A stretch of 56,471 nt of DNA, from positions 1 to 56,471 of the forward strand of contig DVGU01000003.1 in the NCBI GenBank assembly GCA_018712565.1, read 5' to 3'. The notes beneath the pieces were generated by a model that was given only the letters and a program-made list of their open reading frames with translations, searched no databases and was not told the origin of the DNA. A program made the translations under genes and the position numbers. Positions 29,036 through 37,790 of the stretch are shown piece after piece (the first letter of the stretch is position 1; each line of letters starts with the position of its first letter). The stretch comes from Candidatus Faecimonas gallistercoris (GTDB lineage Bacteria; Bacillota_I; Bacilli_A; RF39; UBA660).

Positions 29036-29409
29036 TTATAATAGAAATGGATTTACTCCTCTTGCTAACTCATATACAATTCCATCAGATACTACATTGC
29101 TCGTTGTATTTCTTGCTGCAATTAGTGGAAATGTTATTTCTCCTCTTCCCATCATAAATTCATAGATTCTTTGTAAATCTTCTTTTTTATTTAATGTTTC
29201 ATATAATTTATGCATTACCATAGCATATGCTTCAGTGAAATCTACTAATTGATTATCTTCCATAATTTGTCTACATAGATTAGAATCTACTACTTTTTCA
29301 AATATATTCCCGTTAGCAAATGGGATATCTATTTGTTCTTCATAAAACTTTTTATCCTTTTTTCAATATAAAGAACTTGTTCTCCTTTATCATATCCTAA
29401 AATCTTCAT
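29036..29409 (-). pseudogene. About 124-codon gene of unknown function split by a -1 frameshift in an A6 run
   Basis: AGGAG RBS plus MKILGYDKGEQVLYIE, then the A6 run (T6 on the plus strand, 29358-29363). Adding one A gives continuous ...IEKKDKKFYEEQIDIPFANGNIFEKVVDSNLCRQIMEDNQLVDF..., joining ORF 29036-29263. Confidence 0.5.
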
Positions 29410-29477
29410 AAAATTCTCCTTACTTGTGCTTAATATATCTATATATAATAATATTGTCAATTATTTTTACAATTGAT

Positions 29478-29506
29478 GTATATTTTTTCTATTTTGTAAC
29501 ATTCTA
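29478..29506 (+). promoter_or_regulatory. Forespore (sigmaG/sigmaF)-type promoter candidate for sspI
   Basis: GTATA (29478-29482), a 17-nt spacer, then CATTCTA (29500-29506), 18 nt before the ATG. This resembles the G(C/T)ATA-N17-18-CAT(A/T)(A/C)TA forespore consensus. Confidence 0.4.
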
Positions 29507-29524
29507 TCTATAAGGAGGCAAAAT

Positions 29525-29758
29525 ATGAACTTAAGTATTCGAGAACATATTATTAATAATTTTCAGGGAGATAATTATGATACTTTAAGGAGGGCAATTG
29601 ATGAATCTGTTGCTTCTCAAGATGAAGTAACATTACCGGGATTAGGAGTTTTTTTAGAAATTATTTGGGAGAATGCAGATCAAGAATTAAAAAATCAACT
29701 CGTTGATATTATTAAAACTAGAGTTGAAAAAGGATTGCAAAAAGAAAAGGGAAATTAG
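29525..29758 (+). CDS. sspI: Small acid-soluble spore protein I
   Basis: MNLSIREHIINNFQGDNYDTLRRAIDESVASQDEVTLPGLGVFLEIIWENADQELKNQL parallels Bacillus SspI (..LR.A.I.N..G......I.DAI.S.EE..LPGLGVLFE.IW...). Confidence 0.75.
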   Translation: MNLSIREHIINNFQGDNYDTLRRAIDESVASQDEVTLPGLGVFLEIIWENADQELKNQLVDIIKTRVEKGLQKEKGN

Positions 29759-29771
29759 TTTTCCCTTTTTT
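29744..29771. terminator. Bidirectional terminator between the convergent sspI and HPt-REC genes
   Basis: aaaaGGGAAA-ttagt-TTTCCCtttttt. Confidence 0.6.
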
Positions 29772-30600
29772 AGTTCATTTCTTTAAAATATATAGTTTTT
29801 TCTACTACTCTTTTGATATCTGTATCATTAAATGGTTTTTTTATCATATCTACAATTTGATAAGTGAAGGCTTTATCAATAGTTTCCTTGGATGAATCTC
29901 CTGAAATAATAGATACTGGCATTTCAGTAAATAGTTTATTTTCTTTCATGTATTCTAATACAGCAAAACCATCTACTTCTGGCATATTTAAGTCTAATAA
30001 GATTGCTTTTATATTGTTATTTCCTATGTTAGATTTAATAATTTCTATTGCTTCTTTTCCGTCTTTTGCAACTCCTACTTTATAGGTATCACTAAAAATT
30101 CTACTAACAAAGTTTCTAACAATATTAGAATCATCTGCCACTAAGATGGTTGGTTCCATATATATTTCACGATTAGCAATAATCGTTGGCTTTTTTTCTT
30201 GCTCCGAAGTTTCTGTTCCATCTTCTGCTTCTTCTTGGCCTAAATACTGTTTTACTACGTGAATTAATCTATTTGTTTCTGCTACTAATTCATCATATGT
30301 ATTATAAATATAATAAACATCTCCAGCTTTACTTTTCATTTCTTGATTGTAAGCTAATTCAGCTAATTTAGTAAATCCAAAATATTTGGCATCACTTTTT
30401 AAGGAATGAACATAAATTGCATAGTTGTTCATATCCTTTCCATTCTTATATTCTTCTAACTTAGGTAACTTAGATGATGCACCTAAAATGAATTCTCCTA
30501 TTGTATCATTGTAAGTTTGCATATCACCAAATAATTCTAAACTTTTTTCAACATCTACACCATTTTGTTTTAAAAATTCTACGTTCATCATATTCCTCAT
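29770..30600 (-). CDS. HPt domain - receiver domain fusion protein
   Basis: N-terminal HPt with IYVHSLKSDAKYFGFTKLAELAYNQE (phospho-His motif H.LK). C-terminal REC with ILVADDS, LLDLNMPEVDG, SIISGD, IKKPF. The start is ambiguous (30600, 30591 or 30588). Confidence 0.8.
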   Translation of the reverse strand: MRNMMNVEFLKQNGVDVEKSLELFGDMQTYNDTIGEFILGASSKLPKLEEYKNGKDMNNYAIYVHSLKSDAKYFGFTKLAELAYNQEMKSKAGDVYYIYNTYDELVAETNRLIHVVKQYLGQEEAEDGTETSEQEKKPTIIANREIYMEPTILVADDSNIVRNFVSRIFSDTYKVGVAKDGKEAIEIIKSNIGNNNIKAILLDLNMPEVDGFAVLEYMKENKLFTEMPVSIISGDSSKETIDKAFTYQIVDMIKKPFNDTDIKRVVEKTIYFKEMN

Positions 30601-30675
30601 CCTTTTACATCCTATTCTAATTTGATTATATCGCAATTTATATTCTTCTGCAATATTTTCTTGGTCTACATTTTT

Positions 30676-31374
30676 TTATTTACATTTTCTTTTATTGTAA
30701 AAAACAGGATGTGGATTATCATAATCTTTCATATCCGTTAACTGTAAGGTTCCTAAATCTGCATTACGAGTTGCTTTTCTTGCTTCATATAACATAGCTT
30801 GTTGCCAATCTTCTCCAGATAGATATTCTGTTTCTCCTAACCCGTAACCATCACCTAAAGCAATAACCATATCTAAAGAATTCTTTTTAGCAATGGAAAT
30901 AGCTATTTCTGTACCTTGTTGAGGCATAAATCCAACTATCATATCAACATTTTGTAATACTTGATTTTCTTTTAATCTTTCTTGTTTTAATATTAACCTT
31001 GGATTATTTGAATGAGTTGATATTAAATCATCATCATAAACAGTAATAGTGCCTTTGTTTTGATGAAGAGCAATCTTTTTTCCTAAATTTGGAAGTTTTC
31101 CACCACTTATTTCTATAATGTTTTTGTTTTCAATATCAAAGTTTTTTTCAATAATATCTAAAAAGCCATTATATATATTTTTTTCTGGGATAAGTAAGTC
31201 TAATTCATCATAAATCTGTCTTAATATAGGTGGTACTAAGGATGTTTTTCTTCCCCAGGTATAGTTTTTTAAAATAAATTGTTGTTGGTATTTTGTATAG
31301 GCTTCGGGATGTGCTTTTATAAAAGTACTGATTTTATGAATAATCTCTTCGTCTGTTATATCTTTTTTTAACAC
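30676..31374 (-). CDS. Hypothetical protein
   Basis: 232-aa ORF with a possible Rossmann-like stretch (IIEISGGKLPNLGKKIAL..TITVYDDDL). No firm assignment. Confidence 0.4.
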   Translation of the reverse strand: MLKKDITDEEIIHKISTFIKAHPEAYTKYQQQFILKNYTWGRKTSLVPPILRQIYDELDLLIPEKNIYNGFLDIIEKNFDIENKNIIEISGGKLPNLGKKIALHQNKGTITVYDDDLISTHSNNPRLILKQERLKENQVLQNVDMIVGFMPQQGTEIAISIAKKNSLDMVIALGDGYGLGETEYLSGEDWQQAMLYEARKATRNADLGTLQLTDMKDYDNPHPVFYNKRKCK

Positions 31375-31454
31375 CGTATCTTTCCCTCCTTTGTAATGAT
31401 TTATTATACTATATTTTTTACTTAATTAAAAGAGAGAATTTATTTATTGAATTT

Positions 31455-33026
31455 TTATTTTTTTATTAGTTTATATTGTTTAGGGTCCTCAAGTGATTTC
31501 TCATCTAATATTACTTCACTATAGGTACCATAACTAGAATATACATCATCAAAAGCATGCCATGTACTATCATCTATCACAGAGTTTAGTCCTCTTGCAC
31601 CAGTTTTATTCTTTTCTGCATCTAGGGCTGCTTTATTGATATAGCCATCAGTAAATGTTAATTTTGTACCTAACCGTTCAAATAATTCTTGTTGAATTTT
31701 TATTGCTGATTCATCAGACTCTAACATTATTCTTTTTAAACTATCACAATCAAGACTATTCATTCTGATTATTAATGTACGTCCCATGAATTCATCTGTC
31801 ATCATTGCATTGTTTACAAAATCCTCAGGAGTTGCTTTCCTTGTTTTTTCTTTTGTTGGAATTTCTGGTCTAATTCCGATACTCTTTTTATTTAGGCTTT
31901 TATACACATCTGTATATGCTCCTCCTAAAACTTTAATCATATTAGTTGTATCTAATTTTACTAGTGGATTCCCATTAATATCACTTTTTATAATATATTC
32001 CGTTCCAGTTATTAGTGGCAATAATGTATTTAAAACTCCTTGTCCACTTACATCACTTTTACCAGGAGAACCTTTTTTATCGATTTCATCGAAATAAATA
32101 ATGGCACTTTCAGCTTTCTCTTTATTTTCACCACACTTAACATATAAATCCCATAATATATCTTCAAGACTTCTGCCTTTATATCCAGGAATTGTTAACT
32201 GGGTTGAATCCACAATCAATAATGGCTTATTTAAATATTTAGCCAGTAACTTTAATAATTTAGTTTTTCCTACACCAGTGTCTCCTGTTAATAAAATTGC
32301 ATCTTCCTTCTTTTCCGGGGTCATTTCCTTACGAACAATTTCAACAATAAGACGTCTTACTGGCTCATCTTGAGCAATTAATGTTTTTGTTACTTTATCA
32401 AAAACATCATTTATATCTATCGAATTTTTTGATGTTTCTTTTTTAGTGTTGTCTACTTGTTGTTCAATTCTATTTAACACCTCTTCTATGGCTGAATAAG
32501 TATCTTCCACCCGACTTTTTATAGATTCTAATTCACTTTTAGAATATTTCCCTTTTGAAATATTTGACAACAATGTGTTAATATCAATCAGTTTGTCCGT
32601 GGTTTCATCTTTCTCCTGTGCTTGAGCAACATTCATATTTTCCGATCTCAATGCATTTTCAACTTGGTTATCTATCTCATCCATATTTATTACGTTGCAA
32701 GAAATTTGCCCATTTTCTAACTGACTCACATAATAAATTGTTCCTTTACAAAGATATTCGTAATAAGCAATTGCTTCTCTTGTAGGTAAATCTTCTTCAA
32801 GTATTTCATTTAACTCGCTTAATAAAGCCTCACTACAATAACTTACCGGTACTGCTGATGTTATTGAATTTTCACTTAACATTGGATCGTAAGAATTCTC
32901 ATTACGATCTATAAACTTTCCTGTTGTTTCATCTATTTCTCCAATTTCTGCATGACTTACATTAAAGATAAATTTATTATCTCCCATATAATGGCGATTC
33001 ATAATCATTGCAATATATTTACTCAT
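31455..33026 (-). CDS. ClpX-like AAA+ ATPase paralog with a novel N-terminal region (no zinc-binding domain)
   Basis: Walker A LTGDTGVGKTKL, pore-1 loop PGYKG (ClpX has GYVG), Walker B IIYFDEIDKKG, VSGQGVLNTLLPLITG, sensor-2 KTGARGL. The N-terminal about 230 aa lack the C4 zinc ribbon. Start MSKYIAM after GGAGGGAAGG. Confidence 0.75.
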   Translation of the reverse strand: MSKYIAMIMNRHYMGDNKFIFNVSHAEIGEIDETTGKFIDRNENSYDPMLSENSITSAVPVSYCSEALLSELNEILEEDLPTREAIAYYEYLCKGTIYYVSQLENGQISCNVINMDEIDNQVENALRSENMNVAQAQEKDETTDKLIDINTLLSNISKGKYSKSELESIKSRVEDTYSAIEEVLNRIEQQVDNTKKETSKNSIDINDVFDKVTKTLIAQDEPVRRLIVEIVRKEMTPEKKEDAILLTGDTGVGKTKLLKLLAKYLNKPLLIVDSTQLTIPGYKGRSLEDILWDLYVKCGENKEKAESAIIYFDEIDKKGSPGKSDVSGQGVLNTLLPLITGTEYIIKSDINGNPLVKLDTTNMIKVLGGAYTDVYKSLNKKSIGIRPEIPTKEKTRKATPEDFVNNAMMTDEFMGRTLIIRMNSLDCDSLKRIMLESDESAIKIQQELFERLGTKLTFTDGYINKAALDAEKNKTGARGLNSVIDDSTWHAFDDVYSSYGTYSEVILDEKSLEDPKQYKLIKK

Positions 33027-33142
33027 TAAACCTTCCCTCCTACTTATGATAATAATACAATTAATTTTATTAATCAAGTTAATAACTACTATTTTTCTTT
33101 CTATTTACTGAATATTAATACAATTTTTAATTCATTTTCAGT

Positions 33143-33172
33143 AAAAAAAAACATGCTTATTTAGGCATGTTT
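33143..33172 (-). terminator. Rho-independent terminator of the 202-aa ORF
   Basis: Minus strand AACATGC-ctaaataa-GCATGTT followed by a run of T (T8 or T9 depending on where the stem ends). It includes the stop codon. Confidence 0.7.
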
Positions 33173-33769
33173 TTGATTATTTTTCATTTCACTATATTTA
33201 TAATTTTTTTCAATTACATTAAACAATGCTTCTATTTGTGGTACAAATTCTGTATTTCCCTCTGATTTATAGATATCAAGCATCGCTTTCATACTATTAA
33301 ATTCGCTATCATTATCATATTCATACTCTGGCTCTGTACGATGAACTTGCCAAATATAAAATGGAACACTCATACTTTTACATAGTAATTCTTTCTTTAG
33401 CTCTTTTGTTTGTTCATCTTCTGGAACATCATAAGTCATATCTTGTTGACTGCGTTTAATTGCTGTATATAAATCATTTGCTTCTTTACTTTGGAAGAAT
33501 GGATGATTTTTTGTATCACGTAATCCATCCATTTCTTCTATTCCACTGTAGCAATCATATATTTCAGGGTTTTGGTGTTGAATATATTCTAAATCTTTAG
33601 AGTCGTATTTTTTGGCATATTCACTTAATACTTCTGCAAACTCTACATTACAAGTAACAATTTCATATGCATTAGGATCCGTTACTTGAGGATTATTCTT
33701 AATCCAATTATTAATTCCAACTATTTTGTTTGCCAAATTGCTTGTTTTATCTTCTATTCTCATAATCAA
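33161..33769 (-). CDS. Hypothetical protein downstream of obg
   Basis: 202-aa acidic ORF with no recognised motif. Confidence 0.45.
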   Translation of the reverse strand: MIMRIEDKTSNLANKIVGINNWIKNNPQVTDPNAYEIVTCNVEFAEVLSEYAKKYDSKDLEYIQHQNPEIYDCYSGIEEMDGLRDTKNHPFFQSKEANDLYTAIKRSQQDMTYDVPEDEQTKELKKELLCKSMSVPFYIWQVHRTEPEYEYDNDSEFNSMKAMLDIYKSEGNTEFVPQIEALFNVIEKNYKYSEMKNNQKHA

Positions 33770-33815
33770 TCTCCTTCATGCTCCTTATTATACTCATTTT
33801 TTTAAAATAATCAAC

Positions 33816-35096
33816 CTACTTTCTATAGTCAAAATAAAAATCTAATATTCTTACTTGGTCTCCTTCTTCTGCTCCTAATTCTTCTAGTTTTTGATCAATT
33901 CCCATTCTACTTAACTTTTTAGCGAACTTATAGGCAGCTTCATCTGATGAAAATTTTGTCATTTTAAAGATTCTTTCTACTTCTTTTCCTTGGATTGCCC
34001 AACATCCATCATCATCTCTCGTAATAGTAAATGGCTCTTCTTTTTTGAATTTATATAATACATGACTTTCTATTTGACTATCTTCATATAGTGGATTATT
34101 TGGTACTTCATCAATTAAGTCTGCTAGGCGATTTATTACTTTTTGAAGTCCTGTATTTGTTGCAGCACTTACTTCAAAGATTTCAACCTCTTTTCCTACT
34201 TTTTCTTTAAATTTTATTAATTGTTCTTTAGCTGACGGAATATCCATTTTATTAGCAACGATAATTTGAGGTTTTTTTATTAATTTTTCATTAAATTCTT
34301 TTAATTCTTTATTAATTAAAATATAGTCTTCATAAGGGTTTCTTAATTCACTAGCACTCATATCGATTACATGAGCTATTACTTTTGTTCTTTCAATATG
34401 TTTTAAAAATTTATCACCTAAGCCTTCTCCTTGAGATGCTCCTTCAATTAGTCCTGGTAAATCGGCCATAACAAAACTTCTACCATCACTTGCTTTTACT
34501 ACTCCTAAATTAGGATTTAATGTAGTAAAATGGTAGGCTGCTATCTTAGGTTTGGACTTTGAGACCATTGAGATAATCGTACTTTTTCCAACACTTGGAA
34601 GTCCTACCAGACCAACATCTGCTAACATCTTTACTTCTACTTTTAAGTTTTTCTTTTCTCCTTCTTCTCCATTTTCAGAGTAATCCGGAGCAGTATTGGT
34701 CTGTGTTTTAAAAGCTGTATTACCTCGACCTCCTCTACCTCCCTTGGCAATAATTTCTTCTTGGTCTTTTTTTGAAAGGTCGGCAATAATTAGTCCGGTA
34801 TCTAAATCTGTTACTACTGTTCCCTGGGGAACTTTAATTACAATAGGAGATGCTCCTTTTCCATGCTGATTTTTACCACGGCCATTTTCTCCTTTTTTTC
34901 CTTTAATTAGTTTTTGGTATCTTAAGTCTAGAAGAGTATGAAGTCCTTCATCTACTTTAAAGATAATATCGGATCCATGCCCTCCATTTCCTCCATATGG
35001 TCCTCCCATTGGAACAAACTTTTCTCTTCGAAAGGCAGTACATCCGTCGCCTCCGTTTCCTGCTTCTACTCTGATTTCAACCTCGTCTACAAACAT
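33816..35096 (-). CDS. obg: GTPase Obg
   Basis: MFVDEVEIRVEAGNGGDGCTAFRREKF, glycine-rich Obg fold, G1 GLPSVGKST, G3 DLPGLIEGA, G4 NKMD, C-terminal OCT/TGS-like domain. Confidence 0.95.
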   Translation of the reverse strand: MFVDEVEIRVEAGNGGDGCTAFRREKFVPMGGPYGGNGGHGSDIIFKVDEGLHTLLDLRYQKLIKGKKGENGRGKNQHGKGASPIVIKVPQGTVVTDLDTGLIIADLSKKDQEEIIAKGGRGGRGNTAFKTQTNTAPDYSENGEEGEKKNLKVEVKMLADVGLVGLPSVGKSTIISMVSKSKPKIAAYHFTTLNPNLGVVKASDGRSFVMADLPGLIEGASQGEGLGDKFLKHIERTKVIAHVIDMSASELRNPYEDYILINKELKEFNEKLIKKPQIIVANKMDIPSAKEQLIKFKEKVGKEVEIFEVSAATNTGLQKVINRLADLIDEVPNNPLYEDSQIESHVLYKFKKEEPFTITRDDDGCWAIQGKEVERIFKMTKFSSDEAAYKFAKKLSRMGIDQKLEELGAEEGDQVRILDFYFDYRK

Positions 35097-35130
35097 ATAC
35101 TCTCCTCCTTTTTCGACTGTATTATATCAT

Positions 35131-35230
35131 GAACAAAAGAATTAAGTAAAATTAATTTCTTTAGTGATGTACCTAGACTCTTGTACTTTCTGGACTAAGT
35201 AACTTTACTTAGGGACTTTTTAATAAAAGA
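35131..35230 (-). repeat. Solo IS200/IS605 right-end (omega-RNA 3' scaffold-like) fragment upstream of obg
   Basis: It starts with gaacaaaagaattaagtaaa, identical to the termini at 41441 and 56097. It keeps the subterminal hairpin (aattaa-ttttac-ttaatt on the minus strand) and the gactaagtaac(t/c)ttactt block of the 56097 copy. No tnpB coding remnant is visible. Confidence 0.55.
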
Positions 35231-35429
35231 TAAACTTACTATAGTTTGGTTTATTTTTTTATATCTTTATGGTTAAATCCATTTCTACTATTTTTCTAGG
35301 TTGTATTTATAATTTTTTCATTGATATATTCTAGATTTCTATTTTCTAATACGTACTTTTTACTTAGGGAATTTTCCAATTCCTTATTAAAATTAAAAAA
35401 GAGAAAGAAAAGAAGAATTCCCTTCCCTT

Positions 35430-36638
35430 TTATGCTGCTTTCGTAAATGTCTGTGCTTGTTGTTGCTGGTTGGTTTGTTGTTTTGTTTGTTTTTGTTGCG
35501 CTGCTTCCTCTGCAAGTGTAGCTGCGGTTATATTTTCATTTCTTGGTGGCAAGATAATTGCCTGTGTTTGTTGCTTAGATTCTTCTCCTGGTAAAATAAT
35601 ATGTGACTCTTTAGGTGGTTCTTCTTGACCCGGTATAATGATGTGAGAGTTTGTTTTTGGTTCCTGTAATGGTATGATGAGTGAGGATAGTTCCGATGGT
35701 GCTTGCTCTTTTTCTATTGGTGCTTGTTCTTTTTCTATTGGTGTTTGCTCTTTTTCTATTGGTGTTTGCTCTTTCTCTATTGGTGTTTGTTGATTTTGCG
35801 TTGTTGGTTGCTGCTTTTGTATTGGCGTTTGTTGGTTTTGTTTTGGTGCTTGTTGTTTTTGGGTTGTTGTTTGTTGACTTGCTTTCTTTTTAGCATTACT
35901 CATACGTTTTCTAAGATTATTTATATCTTTTTTCGTCATAGCAACAACATTAGCTCCTAATATATGATTTTGTACACCCTTGGTCTGAAGTTTTTTTAAT
36001 TTTTCCTGAGCTTTTTCTAATTTATTTGCGTAGTATTCTCCTTTTATATCATAAATTGTATCCTTTATGCTATCGATTATTTTGTTTTCTGGATCCAAAT
36101 TTTGTCTTTTTTGATTTATTTGGTCTATTTTGTTTTGAGCATATGATACTTTTCCAGCTTTTTTAGAATATCTACCAAGTTTAAATTTCTCTACTATGTA
36201 TTTAGGCATAAGAAGTGCTTTTTGAATATCACTTATTAGATTTATTCTACATTGCTGATTTTGAAGTTTTTTTATTGCTCGTCTACTTCTTCTATTCATA
36301 ATTGCTGAACCTAATCTAGAAGAAACATTACTTTTTAACTCTTCTAATTCAGCTACTTTTTCCGCTTGCGTTTCTTTCTTTTTTAATATATTTTCAATTT
36401 TAGAATCTAGGGTTCCAACTAATACACCAGGTTCTATCGTTTGATTTTCTTTTATTCGCATCTGAAGTTCTGCTTGAATATGTTTTTGTTCTATCTTTAG
36501 TTTTTCAAGTCTTTTTTCTGACTGGGTTATCACTTTCATTAAGCCATTACTCTGAGATTGTAATAAAGCCATTTCCTCTGTAATATGTTTAAGAGAATTT
36601 TCTAATATTTCTCTATAATTATTCTCTGAATTATTCAT
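35430..36638 (-). CDS. Coiled-coil protein with a Q/P/T-rich repetitive C-terminal half
   Basis: 402 aa. The N-terminal 250 aa are heptad-like and charged. Then QQTPIQKQQPTTQNQQ and (PIEKEQ[TA])x5, followed by repeated IIIP/IILP..E motifs. Confidence 0.5.
   Translation of the reverse strand: MNNSENNYREILENSLKHITEEMALLQSQSNGLMKVITQSEKRLEKLKIEQKHIQAELQMRIKENQTIEPGVLVGTLDSKIENILKKKETQAEKVAELEELKSNVSSRLGSAIMNRRSRRAIKKLQNQQCRINLISDIQKALLMPKYIVEKFKLGRYSKKAGKVSYAQNKIDQINQKRQNLDPENKIIDSIKDTIYDIKGEYYANKLEKAQEKLKKLQTKGVQNHILGANVVAMTKKDINNLRKRMSNAKKKASQQTTTQKQQAPKQNQQTPIQKQQPTTQNQQTPIEKEQTPIEKEQTPIEKEQAPIEKEQAPSELSSLIIPLQEPKTNSHIIIPGQEEPPKESHIILPGEESKQQTQAIILPPRNENITAATLAEEAAQQKQTKQQTNQQQQAQTFTKAA
35697..35780. 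repeat. Four near-perfect 21-bp tandem repeats inside the 402-aa gene
   Basis: Units at 35697, 35718, 35739 and 35760 read tggtg(c/t)ttg(c/t)tcttt(t/c)tctat. A fifth, degenerate unit follows. They encode PIEKEQ(T/A). Confidence 0.85.
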
Positions 36639-36915
36639 CTTTCATCTCATCCCCGTATGTTATTTCTTCTTCAATAGCTTTTTCTACCATATCCCATTCT
36701 TTTTCATCTGTGATACTTAACAATTCAAAGGTATTGTCATCTTTTTCATTTAATATAGATATATATACTTTTTCATTATCTTCATCTACTTTTTCTCCTA
36801 GTGTATACATAATATAGTCTTTACCTTCATATCCTACTACATTAAAAATATCTAATACTTCTACTTCTATTTGCTTATTATCTGAAGTTGTTAGTGTTAT
36901 TTTGTTATCTTCCAT
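36631..36915 (-). CDS. DUF1292 family protein
   Basis: ITLTTSDNKQIEVEVLDIFNVVGYEGKDYIMYTL...VYISIL..DDNTFELLSITDEKEWDMVEKAIEE fits the DUF1292 pattern. Confidence 0.6.
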   Translation of the reverse strand: MEDNKITLTTSDNKQIEVEVLDIFNVVGYEGKDYIMYTLGEKVDEDNEKVYISILNEKDDNTFELLSITDEKEWDMVEKAIEEEITYGDEMKDE

Positions 36916-36961
36916 ATTATCACCTCTATCTTTTTTTATTGTATCATAAAAGTGATAAAAA

Positions 36962-37441
36962 TTAGAGTTTTTTTGTTGCAGTTTTTGCTGATTTACAGTA
37001 CGTTTCCATCAAGGCTTTATTTAACCATAGAGCATTTTCTTTCATTGAGGAATTTCTAGTTGTTTCAAATTCTCCTACTTGGTTAAATCTAGGATAAACA
37101 TTTCCATCTTCAGGTGTTTCATACCAGGCAATATTTGTTCCAGCTAGACTATTTTGTATCTCTAACATACATATTATGTAATTAGCATAAAAATTTCCTT
37201 TTTCATAGGGTTGTAAATGCTCATCTAGTTTATCGAATAATACTCCTAAATCCATTACTACACTTTCTATTTCATCATTTTCAATTAATTTTTGATAGCT
37301 ATACTCTAGAAGTGCTCTATTTAATGAAGCCATTACCTCACTTTTATTCTTATATATTTTTAATGGGAAAGCATGGGACCAAATAAATCCATCTACAGCC
37401 ATCATTTTTTCAACTTTACTATTAATATCATTTGAATTCAT
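36962..37441 (-). CDS. Hypothetical protein
   Basis: 159-aa ORF downstream of rpmA with no recognised motif. Confidence 0.4.
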   Translation of the reverse strand: MNSNDINSKVEKMMAVDGFIWSHAFPLKIYKNKSEVMASLNRALLEYSYQKLIENDEIESVVMDLGVLFDKLDEHLQPYEKGNFYANYIICMLEIQNSLAGTNIAWYETPEDGNVYPRFNQVGEFETTRNSSMKENALWLNKALMETYCKSAKTATKKL

Positions 37442-37488
37442 ATTTCTTTCTCCTTACTAAAAAAAGAACCATAACAGTTCTTTGTTTT

Positions 37489-37779
37489 TTATTCTCCTAC
37501 TGGATAAACTGAAGCTTGCTTCTTGTCTCTTCCTAAGCGTTCAAATTTAACAATTCCATCAACTGTTGCGTATAGACTATCATCATTTCCACGACGAACA
37601 TTAGTTCCTGGGAATATCTTAGTACCACGTTGACGATATATAATAGAACCTGCTGTTACAAATTCTCCATCAGCAGCTTTTGCTCCAAGTCTACGTCCTG
37701 CAGAATCACGACCATTAGATGTTGATCCTTGCCCTTTATGATGGGCAAATAATTGGATATCTAATTTCAAAAATTCCAT
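37489..37779 (-). CDS. rpmA: 50S ribosomal protein L27 with N-terminal propeptide
   Basis: [12 protein letters not shown]|[20 protein letters not shown]...; the Firmicutes-type extension ends in the (L/F)FA motif cleaved by Prp. Confidence 0.95.
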   Translation of the reverse strand: MEFLKLDIQLFAHHKGQGSTSNGRDSAGRRLGAKAADGEFVTAGSIIYRQRGTKIFPGTNVRRGNDDSLYATVDGIVKFERLGRDKKQASVYPVGE

Positions 37780-37790
37780 AATTCTCCTCC

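Noticed and set aside
35231-35429. The region between the solo RE fragment and the 402-aa gene, checked for further tnpB coding remnants or a tRNA or riboswitch.
   Set aside because: I found only short internal repeats (ccctaagtaaa twice) and a 6-bp hairpin. There is no readable TnpB motif in any frame, no cloverleaf, and no conserved riboswitch core.
35697-35801. A regularly spaced short repeat array that might be a CRISPR.
   Set aside because: The units are directly abutting 21-bp tandem copies without spacers. They lie in frame inside a 402-aa ORF (PIEKEQT repeats). No cas genes are present in the window.
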